DNA of 14,263 bases from a virus, in the UHGV virus genome UHGV-0258057; one strand, 5' to 3'. This document shows, in pieces, positions 1 through 8,262 of this stretch; positions within the stretch are counted from its first letter, which is position 1, and the number at the start of each line of letters is the position of its first letter. Both the position numbers and the translations under genes were made by a program. The notes beneath the pieces are model-generated. The model saw only the letters and a program-made list of their open reading frames with translations. It searched no databases and was not told where the DNA came from.

Positions 1-113
1 TTCTTAGAAACCGATCACATACAGCTGCATTTATTAAGGTTATCATCCGTTTCGCTGAAAAACATAACCCATAAAATGCTAGCTGTACCAGGAACCACCT
101 CCTTAGCCTGTGT

Positions 114-140
114 AATCTCCCTTACACGGGCTTATTTTTT
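114..140. other. Putative P2-type attachment site core (prophage/host junction, attR side)
   Basis: The plus strand reads aatctcccttacacgggcttatttttt, the reverse complement of the 27-nt P2 att core as I recall it (AAAAAATAAGCCCGTGTAAGGGAGATT). It lies immediately distal to ogr, where P2 att sits. Confidence 0.5.
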
Positions 141-181
141 ACGTACAACAAATTGAAATAAAAGGATTTATTTCTGGTCAC

Positions 182-200
182 GTCCACATATTGACCACAT
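182..200. repeat. Two direct repeats G(T/A)CCACAT spaced 11 nt apart; possible integrase arm-type binding sites
   Basis: gtccacat (182-189) and gaccacat (193-200) lie between the att core and ogr; the reverse complement contains TGTGGAC/TGTGGTC. The function is inferred. Confidence 0.3.
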
Positions 201-204
201 CGAC

Positions 205-228
205 AAAAAAGCCCCTCGACTGAGGGGC
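205..228 (-). terminator. Rho-independent terminator downstream of ogr
   Basis: Perfect 7-bp GC-rich stem gcccctc/gaggggc with a 4-nt loop (211-228), followed on the minus strand by a UUUUUU run (plus-strand aaaaaa at 205-210), 14 nt after the ogr stop. Confidence 0.6.
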
Positions 229-241
229 TTCCTGTTTCTAA

Positions 242-460
242 TTACATCCACATAATTTGCTGCCCTGACGGCAACGGGTGCGGCCTTACGGCGTGGACTT
301 CTCCCGGCTTCACGATGTATCGCTGCACCGACTCATAAGTGATGAACGTGGCGCTGCAATTCACGTTCTGGCACTGGTGATAACGCTCTTTTGTCGTGTC
401 AGTGATATAGCGACTTGTACGCGCATGTGCGGCATGCTGGCATAAAGGACAATGAAACAT
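242..460 (-). CDS. ogr: Ogr late-gene transcriptional activator (zinc-finger), 72 aa
   Basis: Translation MFHCPLCQHAAHARTSRYITDTTKERYHQCQNVNCSATF... has the C-x2-C...C-x4-C zinc-finger pattern and the length of P2 Ogr. The ORF track opens 21 codons further upstream (to 523), but the MFHC start matches the Ogr family. Confidence 0.88.
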   Translation of the reverse strand: MFHCPLCQHAAHARTSRYITDTTKERYHQCQNVNCSATFITYESVQRYIVKPGEVHAVRPHPLPSGQQIMWM

Positions 461-541
461 CGCGAGCACCTCTTCCGGTTTTGTTGATGGTGCCATTTTA
501 GTTAATTTATCCTTATAAAACAAACAGATAAAACAAAAACA

Positions 542-1705
542 TCACTCATCACCTTCGGTTTCGTACTCCACATCAGAAAGCCTGACCTCAAGCTCCAAGG
601 ACGTCGTGAAGCCGCTATTATTCAGAAAATGTGTCACCTTAGTGATTGTCCAGTCCTGCTCGTCTATGACGCGCTTAAAGCCTGATACTTTGACCGGCGT
701 TTCCGTGTAAATATCTGCCCGACCGGTAGCCAGGCTGATGGAGAACTCCGCAACGCCCCGTTGCAGTTTATCCCACTTCGCCTGAGCGGCGCGCATGGCC
801 TGCGCTTTTGTGGCATATACCGTAGTCAGGGCAAAAACATTGTCAGCCTCACCAGCCATGTATTCACCTTCGCGCGCTTCCGGTACTTTTGGCGCTTTCT
901 TCTGCGTGACTGGTTTCGCTTTCGGGTGCTCCAGTGCGCGCAGGTGTTTCTCTTTCTTTTTGCGTTTCAGTTTTACCTTCTGCTTTTGCGGCTTCGGGTC
1001 TTTGGTGTGTAACCACTTTGCCGTTACGCCGGTATAGGCTCCACGATCAGCAATCGCAAAATGATGGCGGTCGCCGTCGCTGCGGGTTATGGTGACCTGC
1101 GGGATTTTTTTACCGCTGGCCGTCACCCCCTGCCCCGCTTTGAGAAACAACAGTTTTCCCATTTTTACCGACACCTCACCGCCGTTGCGTTCAGCAAGAC
1201 GGGTCAGGAATTTCGCATCGGACTCCTGCGACTGGTCGATGTGCGGGATTTTAATTCCGGCCAGTGACGGAGCGACACTGGCTTTCAGCCTGTTACGGGA
1301 GGCTATCTCCTCAACAATCGCACCGAGCGTGGTGTCATGCCAGGAGCCTTCACGGCGGGAATTGAGCGTCCCGCGAAAATCTGCACTCCGGGCGCGGATG
1401 GTAACCACATCCGGCGCGCCCCGGTGTTCAACCTCATCAACGGTAAATTTCCCTTTGCATACCAGGGCAAAACCTTTCCAGCCGATATACACCGTCAGGA
1501 CAGCGCCACGAACCGGCAGCCCGACCTGCCCGTCGGCATCGTTCAGTTCAATATCAAGCTGGTCAGCCTCAAAGCCCCGGTTATCCGTCAGGGTCATGCT
1601 CATCAGACGGTCGCTGATATTGCCGGTAATATCCCTGCTGTCGAGCATCAGCATGTAATCCGGCGTCAGCGTACTGCCTGCATCAAATGTCAGCGCATCC
1701 GGCAT
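542..1705 (-). CDS. D: Tail protein D (late control gene D), 387 aa
   Basis: A 387-aa ORF directly upstream of ogr in the operon; size and position match P2 gpD, and it has a lysine-rich central linker (KQKVKLKRKKKEK). Confidence 0.88.
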   Translation of the reverse strand: MPDALTFDAGSTLTPDYMLMLDSRDITGNISDRLMSMTLTDNRGFEADQLDIELNDADGQVGLPVRGAVLTVYIGWKGFALVCKGKFTVDEVEHRGAPDVVTIRARSADFRGTLNSRREGSWHDTTLGAIVEEIASRNRLKASVAPSLAGIKIPHIDQSQESDAKFLTRLAERNGGEVSVKMGKLLFLKAGQGVTASGKKIPQVTITRSDGDRHHFAIADRGAYTGVTAKWLHTKDPKPQKQKVKLKRKKKEKHLRALEHPKAKPVTQKKAPKVPEAREGEYMAGEADNVFALTTVYATKAQAMRAAQAKWDKLQRGVAEFSISLATGRADIYTETPVKVSGFKRVIDEQDWTITKVTHFLNNSGFTTSLELEVRLSDVEYETEGDE

Positions 1706-2184
1706 TATCCCGCCCCCGTCATACCTGTGAATCTGGTCGCCATACTGCCGGCCTTACCGATGAGCGATTCCGCCTGTTTACCGATATCGCCATAAAGCGC
1801 GGCCAGTGATTCATCAACGCGGGTGAGCGACAGCGTAAAATCAATTTTCCGGGGTGTGCCGTCTGCAAAGAAAATACTCCCTGTTTCACTCACCTTACTG
1901 ATGACATACATGCCGTAAATCATGCCGGTGCCATCCAGCAACGGCCACGCCCGACCTTCCTCTGCCATCAGCCTGAGCGTGGTCATCGTCAGCTTGCCGC
2001 CGGTCAGTTCGGGATAAAGCACACCGGCCAGCGTGATGTTTTCCTCACCCACACCGAGAAACTGAAAGGCATCCCGTTTGCCGATACGGGAATTTGACGG
2101 CCAGCGATAATCTGATTCACGCTGCATGGTCTGGTGTGGCAGCGTCTGGCGCATAAAAACAAACATACCTAACGCGAGCATCAT
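1705..2184 (-). CDS. U: Tail protein U, 159 aa
   Basis: A 159-aa ORF between T and D whose stop overlaps the D start by 1 nt; matches P2 gpU in size and position. Confidence 0.85.
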   Translation of the reverse strand: MMLALGMFVFMRQTLPHQTMQRESDYRWPSNSRIGKRDAFQFLGVGEENITLAGVLYPELTGGKLTMTTLRLMAEEGRAWPLLDGTGMIYGMYVISKVSETGSIFFADGTPRKIDFTLSLTRVDESLAALYGDIGKQAESLIGKAGSMATRFTGMTGAG

Positions 2185-2198
2185 TTTTCGTCACCTCC

Positions 2199-4646
2199 TT
2201 AACCGTCATGCATCATGCTGGCACGGGCGCGCGCACGTTTATCCCGCTCGTATTTTTCGAGTGCATCCTGTAACTGGCGGTCGAGCTGTGTCCCCGGCGC
2301 AGTACCACCCGTCAGGCTGATGTGATATTCGTTTTTACTCTGGTCCACATAAGAGCGGCCAGCCGGTGCCGTAACCGGCTGATAAGCCTGATAGCCTGCA
2401 TAAGAGCTGGTCGCCGGAATATAACCACCGCTGCCATACGTGGTGGCTTGAGTTCTGGCGGCGGTCTGGTCAAGTGTGTCTGACTCTTTGTTGATAACAC
2501 CGAGTTTTTCCAGTACCCAGTCAATTCCGCTGCGCAGTTTGTTGAACGCATTAAGCGGCAGCATCAGCGCGTCAGCCAGTGCCTGCCCGAACATGACGCC
2601 AGTATCACGGCAACGGTTCAGGGTGTCCTGGGTGGCTTTGACCGGGGCAATCAGGTTTTTAAACCACTGCCACGCGGCCTGTAACTTTTCGCCCAGCCAG
2701 TCAAACACCGGCTTAAGTGGCGTGAACAGTTCCCCCACCGGCGCAAATGCCGCTTTCAGCCCTTCCATCACACCGCCAAAGAATGCGCTGACAGGCTCCC
2801 AGTATTTACGGATAAGCAACGCCCCGGCGACAATGGTGGCCACCACGGCCACAACCGGCCAGCTAATCGCCCCGATGGCGGTCATAACAGCACTGCCAAC
2901 CGTCGTGAAGATTGCCCCCATTGCGCCTGCTGCCGCGATAATGGCATTGATGCCGGTGATAACCGGCCAGGCTACAAGACCAATGGCACCGATGATGCCA
3001 GTAAGCGCCAGCGCGCCACCGACAATGAGGCCGATGGTTGACGCCAGTGATTTGTTTTTCTGGATCCAGCCGTCGAGTTTTAACACATACTTTGTGGCCG
3101 TCTGAGTGAGCTTACGCAGTGCGCCTTCGTGCTGGTCAAACAGGTCAGTCCCCACCGCCTCATAAGCGGACTGAAACTCCTTAAAGTCACCGCCGAGGTT
3201 GTCCTGCATGATATTTACCAGTTCTGCGGTCTTTCCGTCTGAGGCTTTAAACGCAGCGGTCAGTTTGTCCAGCTTTCCGGTTGACGCGGCAGTCATCAGC
3301 ACAGCGGCGGCTGAGCTGGCCTCCTCCCCGAAAATGGTTTTCATGTATTCGGCCTGCTGGGCAGTACCGAGCCGGTTTTTCTCAAAACTGGCCTGCATTT
3401 CTTTCAGAATGGTAAATACTGGTCGGGTGTTTCCCTTGCTGTCTGAGGTTTTCACACCAAGCTCTTTCAGTGCATCCCACGCTTTTCCCGTCGGTGCCTG
3501 CAGGCGGCTTAACACGGCACGGCTTCCCGTCCCCGCCATTGAGCCTGTGATTTTTGCATCATGCAGCGCCCCGACCATTGCGGCGGTTTCTTCAATGCTG
3601 ACACCGGCATTTTTTGCCACAGGTGCGGCATAGGTCAGCGCATCGCTCATGCCGTCAAAATCGGCGGCGGTTTTGTTCATCGTCATGGAGAGAACATCCC
3701 CGATATGAGCGACCTTATCGTTTGAAAGCTGAAAGGCGGATTTCATCCCCATCAGCAGGGCGGCGTTTTCTTCCATCGTGCGGCGGTTCGCCAGCGCCAT
3801 ATTCAGCGTGACCGGCGTTGCCGCCTGAATGGCATCAACATCCCCACCCGCTTTCGCGATGATTATCTGTGCACCGGCCGCATCATCCGCCGAGGCGGCG
3901 GTATTGTCGCCGAGCTGGCGCGCCTGTTTGCGTAGTGCGGTCATTTCGGCGGAGTCTTTTGCCACTCCGAGCACGGCCTGCAATTCTGAGTTTTTCTGCG
4001 CAAACTCATAACCGGGCATCAGCAACTTAACTCCGGCCATCGTTCCCGCCGCCGCAATCCCCACACCGGCAGCGCCCACTGAGGCCATATTTCCGGCCAG
4101 TTCCTTTCCGGCCTGATAACGCTGTTTTACTGCGTTAAGTTTTGCCTGTTGTGCACTGACACGCGCCAGTGCGTCACGCTGACGGTTAAGCTGTGCGGTG
4201 GTTTCACTGATACGGTTTTTCAGTCCCTGCTCATCATGTGCAAGATTGCGGGTATTAATTCCCACAGCGGCCAGTTCCCGCTGCTGGCGTTTAACGGAAT
4301 CCGTCAGGCGGTTATATTTCGCCTGTAAGTCCTCCGCCGCACGCTTTGCGGATTCCAGCACTTTCGCCTGAGCACGTGTCGGACGTTCGGTATTTTTAAA
4401 CTGTGTGGCAAGGGCTTCGGCCTCCTGCCGAGCCTTTTCAAGTGCATGACCAGTCACGGCGAGCTGTGCACTGGTCTTGCGGAATCCCTCAATACGGGAT
4501 GCCTGACCGTTCAGCTCGCGCAGTGATTTTTGTGTTTCCCGGATATCCCCCGACAGCGATTTGCTCGCTGTGCGGATGGATTTAAACGGGCGGGATGCCT
4601 GGTCAACAGCCCTGAGCAATACCTGTAATTTTACATTGTCACTCAT
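2199..4646 (-). CDS. T: Tail tape measure protein T, 815 aa
   Basis: An 815-aa ORF with coiled-coil-like Ala/Gln-rich N-terminal region and Gly/Ala-rich hydrophobic central segments typical of tape measure proteins; same length as P2 gpT. Confidence 0.9.
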   Translation of the reverse strand: MSDNVKLQVLLRAVDQASRPFKSIRTASKSLSGDIRETQKSLRELNGQASRIEGFRKTSAQLAVTGHALEKARQEAEALATQFKNTERPTRAQAKVLESAKRAAEDLQAKYNRLTDSVKRQQRELAAVGINTRNLAHDEQGLKNRISETTAQLNRQRDALARVSAQQAKLNAVKQRYQAGKELAGNMASVGAAGVGIAAAGTMAGVKLLMPGYEFAQKNSELQAVLGVAKDSAEMTALRKQARQLGDNTAASADDAAGAQIIIAKAGGDVDAIQAATPVTLNMALANRRTMEENAALLMGMKSAFQLSNDKVAHIGDVLSMTMNKTAADFDGMSDALTYAAPVAKNAGVSIEETAAMVGALHDAKITGSMAGTGSRAVLSRLQAPTGKAWDALKELGVKTSDSKGNTRPVFTILKEMQASFEKNRLGTAQQAEYMKTIFGEEASSAAAVLMTAASTGKLDKLTAAFKASDGKTAELVNIMQDNLGGDFKEFQSAYEAVGTDLFDQHEGALRKLTQTATKYVLKLDGWIQKNKSLASTIGLIVGGALALTGIIGAIGLVAWPVITGINAIIAAAGAMGAIFTTVGSAVMTAIGAISWPVVAVVATIVAGALLIRKYWEPVSAFFGGVMEGLKAAFAPVGELFTPLKPVFDWLGEKLQAAWQWFKNLIAPVKATQDTLNRCRDTGVMFGQALADALMLPLNAFNKLRSGIDWVLEKLGVINKESDTLDQTAARTQATTYGSGGYIPATSSYAGYQAYQPVTAPAGRSYVDQSKNEYHISLTGGTAPGTQLDRQLQDALEKYERDKRARARASMMHDG

Positions 4647-5066
4647 TCGTGTTTCCGCTTCGCCGGAGCGCCTTTTCGCGCCATGTGATGAGTTCGGTCA
4701 GGCTCATGGGATACAGTTCTGATGGCGGCCAGTGAAATATCACTGCCACATCCGCCATCAGGTCATCGACCGACAGATTTTTCGGAAACGTCACTGAACC
4801 GAGTTCGGCGACAAAAAACCGACCACCTTACCGGCCAGCGCCACAAGGTCAGGCAGTTCCAGCGCGGCGACTTCCTGCTCGGTCAGCATCGGTGCCGTCA
4901 TGCGCGGCAGCACCTTAATCAGTGCATCGACTTCGGAGTTCGCGACCGCTGCCAGACTGACACCGCGCAGCGTCCCGGCATTGGGTTTCATCAGCGTGAC
5001 CTGTTCGATGACCTGCTCACCACGCTTGACCGGATTGTCCAGGGTAATCACATTTTCTTTGTTCAT
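4639..5066 (-). CDS. E+E': Tail assembly chaperone E+E', produced by -1 programmed ribosomal frameshift (142 aa)
   Basis: The minus-strand slippery heptamer GGTTTTTTG (plus 4811-4820 acaaaaaacc) lies in codons 83-85 of E. The -1 frame is open from there to a TGA at 4641-4639, which overlaps the T start codon, and gives 84+58 = 142 aa, the same as P2 E+E'. Confidence 0.75.
4791..5066 (-). CDS. E: Tail assembly chaperone E, 91 aa
   Basis: A 91-aa ORF between FII and T ending ...GKVVGFLSPNSVQ; size and position match P2 gpE. Confidence 0.85.
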   Translation of the reverse strand: MNKENVITLDNPVKRGEQVIEQVTLMKPNAGTLRGVSLAAVANSEVDALIKVLPRMTAPMLTEQEVAALELPDLVALAGKVVGFLSPNSVQ

Positions 5067-5122
5067 GGTTTTCTCACTTCTGAATCAGGGTTAACCGGTC
5101 AGCCTGGCTGACCGGATGAAAA

Positions 5123-5641
5123 TCACAGGCCGATATTGCGGCGGTGTTGCTCCAGCCGGTCGACGCCGTTCACCTTCTCAATCATGTTGATGGTGTCGAT
5201 TTCGACCAGCTCCTTACCGTCCATCGTCAGCCGGAAATAGGTGCAGACCACGGAGATTTTCGACTCAGTGTCTTCTCCCTGTTTACCCTCGCCGGTGTCG
5301 ATTTCTTTCTGACGTCCACGCATGACCACTTCGACGGCCACCGTTTCGCCGGTATCGTCACGCTGGTAAGAGCCTGCAAAACGAATCGGCACAGCATCCA
5401 CACCGGTTGCGGCGTAAAGCTCCCAGATAACCGAATCCGGGAAGCCCCCGAGCGACCACTCCATTGACAGCGCATCGTCATCAAGACCGAGGTCTACCGG
5501 TGCGCTGCCGTTCATCCCCGCACCGCGATAGTTTTCGAGCTTACGGGTCAGTTTTGGCAGCGTGACGGACTTTGCAACGCCCTGATAGCTGTAGCCGTTC
5601 AGAAAGACGTTCATTAACTTGAGTTTGCGCGGCATTGCCAT
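5123..5641 (-). CDS. FII: Tail tube protein FII, 172 aa
   Basis: A 172-aa ORF immediately downstream of the sheath gene; size and order match P2 gpFII. Confidence 0.88.
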   Translation of the reverse strand: MAMPRKLKLMNVFLNGYSYQGVAKSVTLPKLTRKLENYRGAGMNGSAPVDLGLDDDALSMEWSLGGFPDSVIWELYAATGVDAVPIRFAGSYQRDDTGETVAVEVVMRGRQKEIDTGEGKQGEDTESKISVVCTYFRLTMDGKELVEIDTINMIEKVNGVDRLEQHRRNIGL

Positions 5642-5653
5642 CGGTCAGGCTCC

Positions 5654-6844
5654 TTAATTGCTGTTAACCGAGGTGACCAGATTTGCCAGATATTTATCGG
5701 TAATACGCTGGCGCAGGGTCAGGTTTTCAAGAGGAGGCACCGGGGTATAGTCGTAGTCGATATACAGTTTTCCGGCCTTAAGGGTTTCCGCATCGTTGGA
5801 TTCTTCGCTGAACCAGCAGGTCGCATCCACGATATAGCCGTTTGTTTTCAGCTCACGGAATTTGGCATTGATGCCGTCAACGATGTCGCGAATCAGCGTT
5901 GCGGTGATGGGCTTGTCCACCGCCCACATGTGCGCCTCAGCCATCGTGTCGGCCAGCACCTGCGCGGTGCGGGTGTAGTTTTCAAAGAGGAACAGCGGAT
6001 CATCAGAGCAGGTACGGTTACCCCAGAAGCGGAAACCGTCGCGGCGAATCAGCGTTGTGACGCCTGACTCGTTAAGCAGGTCAGCATCGGTGCCGGACTC
6101 CTGCAAATCCCAGAATACAGATGCGCTGATGCCGGTAACACCGTTCACCCCGACATTGGACAGCGTTTTATGCCAGCCCTGCTCTTGGTCGATTTTAGCG
6201 CGCAGACCCAGCGCACGGGCGGTGGCATACGCGGTGGCGGTGGTGCTGCTGACCGTATCCCATGCGAGGAAATCCGGCCAGATGACCATCAGCTCACGCT
6301 GGCTGAAATTCTGGCGGTAGGCTTTCACCTCGGAAATGGTTTTGCAGCCCCATGCGCTGATATACCCGAAAGCGCGCAGCTTCTGACAGACTGATGCCAG
6401 TGCAACAGCAACCTCTTTGGTGTCCAGTCCCGGCACGCCGAGAATACGCGGTTTAACACCGGTTACCGACTCCGCCGCCAGCAGGGCTTTCAGTCCGGTG
6501 TACTGACCGTTTTCGTCGGTGGTGCCGATGATATTGGAAACGGTCTGCGCGAGTTTCGTTTCCTCGTCTTCGCCGGTGCCGTCTTCCACACGCACGACAA
6601 CGGTGACCGGTTTTGACTGGTCGGCGATAGCCTGCAACGATGCCGCCAGCGTGCCTTTTTTACCGGCCTTTGCAATCGCGCTCTGCACATTGGTAATCAG
6701 CACCGGTTTATTGAGGGGGAAGATTTCCGCATCCGCATCGCTGGCCGTGCAGACCATGCCGACAATGGCCGTGGATACAGTGGAAATGACACGGGTGCCG
6801 TCGTTAATCTCCAGCACCTGCACGCCGTGATGATAGTCACTCAT
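5654..6844 (-). CDS. FI: Contractile tail sheath protein FI, 396 aa
   Basis: A 396-aa ORF, first gene of the FI-FII-E-T-U-D operon; size and position match P2 gpFI. Confidence 0.9.
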   Translation of the reverse strand: MSDYHHGVQVLEINDGTRVISTVSTAIVGMVCTASDADAEIFPLNKPVLITNVQSAIAKAGKKGTLAASLQAIADQSKPVTVVVRVEDGTGEDEETKLAQTVSNIIGTTDENGQYTGLKALLAAESVTGVKPRILGVPGLDTKEVAVALASVCQKLRAFGYISAWGCKTISEVKAYRQNFSQRELMVIWPDFLAWDTVSSTTATAYATARALGLRAKIDQEQGWHKTLSNVGVNGVTGISASVFWDLQESGTDADLLNESGVTTLIRRDGFRFWGNRTCSDDPLFLFENYTRTAQVLADTMAEAHMWAVDKPITATLIRDIVDGINAKFRELKTNGYIVDATCWFSEESNDAETLKAGKLYIDYDYTPVPPLENLTLRQRITDKYLANLVTSVNSN

Positions 6845-6907
6845 CCGTTTAACTCCGTGGTTAATGGGTGCAACTATTTTCTGTTGGGCAGTGCATGAGA
6901 CGCTATT

Positions 6908-6922
6908 TGACCTGACTGGTCA
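6908..6922 (-). promoter_or_regulatory. Candidate dyad element of the Ogr-dependent late promoter upstream of FI
   Basis: The 15-nt palindrome TGACCtgactGGTCA is centred about 71 nt upstream of the FI start codon, in the position where P2 late promoters carry a dyad-symmetry activator site. I could not find an exact TGT-N12-ACA match. Confidence 0.25.
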
Positions 6923-6938
6923 GTGGATGAAACAACAG

Positions 6939-6971
6939 ATAAAGAAAAGGCGGGCAATCAGATTGCCTGCC
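6939..6971 (-). terminator. Rho-independent terminator closing the cargo operon upstream of the FI promoter
   Basis: A 10-bp stem ggcgggcaat/attgcctgcc (one G-U wobble) with a 3-nt loop at 6949-6971, followed on the minus strand by UUUUCUUUAUCU (plus 6939-6948). It lies about 150 nt downstream of the SIR2-like gene stop. Confidence 0.6.
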
Positions 6972-7123
6972 TTGATTTGTGCTCACTCATTTTCCGACTG
7001 ACAGTTTACATAGCCAAAACGCTATCAAATCTGACAGCCTGCTTTGAGCGAGGAACGGACTAAATGCTCATCTCAGCGGTCAAAGGATATTTTTCTTTGA
7101 CCGTTCTCTTTATAGAGAAAAGA

Positions 7124-8032
7124 TTATCTGTTAGTTTTATTCTGAATATCTTTGATTACATCGAGGTAATACTCTTTTTCCTTCCCTTTGAACACTAACC
7201 CGAAATTATGATTAATTATAACCCCAACACTTTTCAAAAGATCGATTTTTGGTTTGGAAGCAGCGTCATTATAATAATAACCAGGGATGTAATATGTCAC
7301 CTCATATTGCAAGCTTATTTTCTTTGCAATTCTAGTCCTTTCTCTAAATGTAAGTAACCACCAAAGATCAATTTCAACAAAATCCAAATTCAAGCCTAAG
7401 ATATATACATCCTTAGTAAAAAAATCATCGATCCAGCTATTACCAATATCATTTGCTTGCAACCGCTTTGTAAGCGGCTCGTTGAACGATTTATTGGAAT
7501 ACTGACTTCCGGTAGTTGTATACCCCCGCATGCTTTGCAAATAACCACTGTAATGCTCATAGCCAAGAATTATTGAGCTTGGGTTATTCACTGCTCCATG
7601 TATATGCCATATGTTTTTGTTTTTCACCTGATAATGCCTGAAAATATTGTATTTACTTTCTTTTATTACACCTTCATTTTTTAAATCATCAGGCTTGATG
7701 CTGTCGTCTAAACAATATTCAAAAGCTAAATCATAGTTTGTTGTTAAAATATTATTGCATTCTAATCCAATTATTCTTTGATGGATTTCATTTGGCTTTA
7801 TTGTGTTTATCTTTGATGCGATGGAATCTTTTATTTTATTTTCTGAAAATCCATTCGCTTGCTTATTTGAAATATTAAAATAAATCTCTTCATAGGCTAG
7901 TGGAAATGGTTTTTCATGCGTGTCAATTTTTATCCCATATGTTGCCCCTAGGTTATTTAAAACATCAAGCCAAGAATTTCCATTTGTAATATTATTTATG
8001 CCATTTCCAATAAGCAGTGAATAATCGCGCAT
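7124..8032 (-). CDS. Stand-alone SIR2-like (SIR2_2-type, predicted NAD+-hydrolase) protein, 302 aa; candidate defence effector
   Basis: Motifs in sirtuin-fold order: N-terminal glycine-rich LLIGNGINN, then ILTTNYDLAFE (TTNYD signature with the putative catalytic Asn), then WHIHGAVNNPSSIILGYEHY (HG motif with the following strand), then YILGLNLDFVEIDL. Strong RBS AGGGA 5 nt upstream; about 30% GC against about 55% in the flanking phage genes. Confidence 0.6.
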   Translation of the reverse strand: MRDYSLLIGNGINNITNGNSWLDVLNNLGATYGIKIDTHEKPFPLAYEEIYFNISNKQANGFSENKIKDSIASKINTIKPNEIHQRIIGLECNNILTTNYDLAFEYCLDDSIKPDDLKNEGVIKESKYNIFRHYQVKNKNIWHIHGAVNNPSSIILGYEHYSGYLQSMRGYTTTGSQYSNKSFNEPLTKRLQANDIGNSWIDDFFTKDVYILGLNLDFVEIDLWWLLTFRERTRIAKKISLQYEVTYYIPGYYYNDAASKPKIDLLKSVGVIINHNFGLVFKGKEKEYYLDVIKDIQNKTNR

Positions 8033-8262
8033 TTCTATCCCTTATGTTAGATACATTTTTTACACTATACTACTGATATTTATTCTAATACCAGTCATTG
8101 GCATGTTCGACACCGATAAGTTTGATCTTGCCTAGCAACTTATGTTTTCGAATATGCCCCCCCCATGAAAGTCTTAGACAACTATACCTATTAATATCCT
8201 ACAGAGTGCTCTTCGTAGTCAGAAAATGAGAACGAGATAACATCAGTTCATTGGTTTACTCC

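Noticed and set aside
242-523. Extended 93-aa version of the ogr ORF starting at 523
   Set aside because: The Ogr family is about 72 aa and begins MFHCPLCQ; the upstream 21 codons are more likely 5' leader containing an in-frame ATG.
761-1795. Plus-strand ORFs (761-1012, 795-1037, 1061-1267, 1089-1658, 1337-1795) antisense to gene D
   Set aside because: They lie opposite a confidently identified GC-rich gene, have low-complexity Arg/Ser/Pro-rich translations, and have no RBS or operon context; they are antisense open frames.
2126-4585. Plus-strand ORFs (2126-2320, 2476-3105, 3199-3633, 3614-3811, 3829-4011, 4403-4585) and minus ORF 2312-2551 within the tape measure gene
   Set aside because: All overlap the 815-aa T ORF in other frames or on the other strand; the compositional bias of T explains the open frames.
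4722-5111. Plus-strand ORFs 4722-5111 and 4900-5094 opposite E/E'
   Set aside because: They are antisense to the conserved E and E' frames, which are supported by the frameshift geometry.
5144-5484. ORFs 5144-5467 (+) and 5227-5484 (-) inside FII
   Set aside because: Alternative-frame or antisense overlaps of the tail tube gene.
6057-6830. ORFs 6057-6320 (+), 6170-6394 (+), 6490-6690 (-), 6519-6830 (+) inside FI
   Set aside because: Overlap the sheath gene in other frames or on the other strand.
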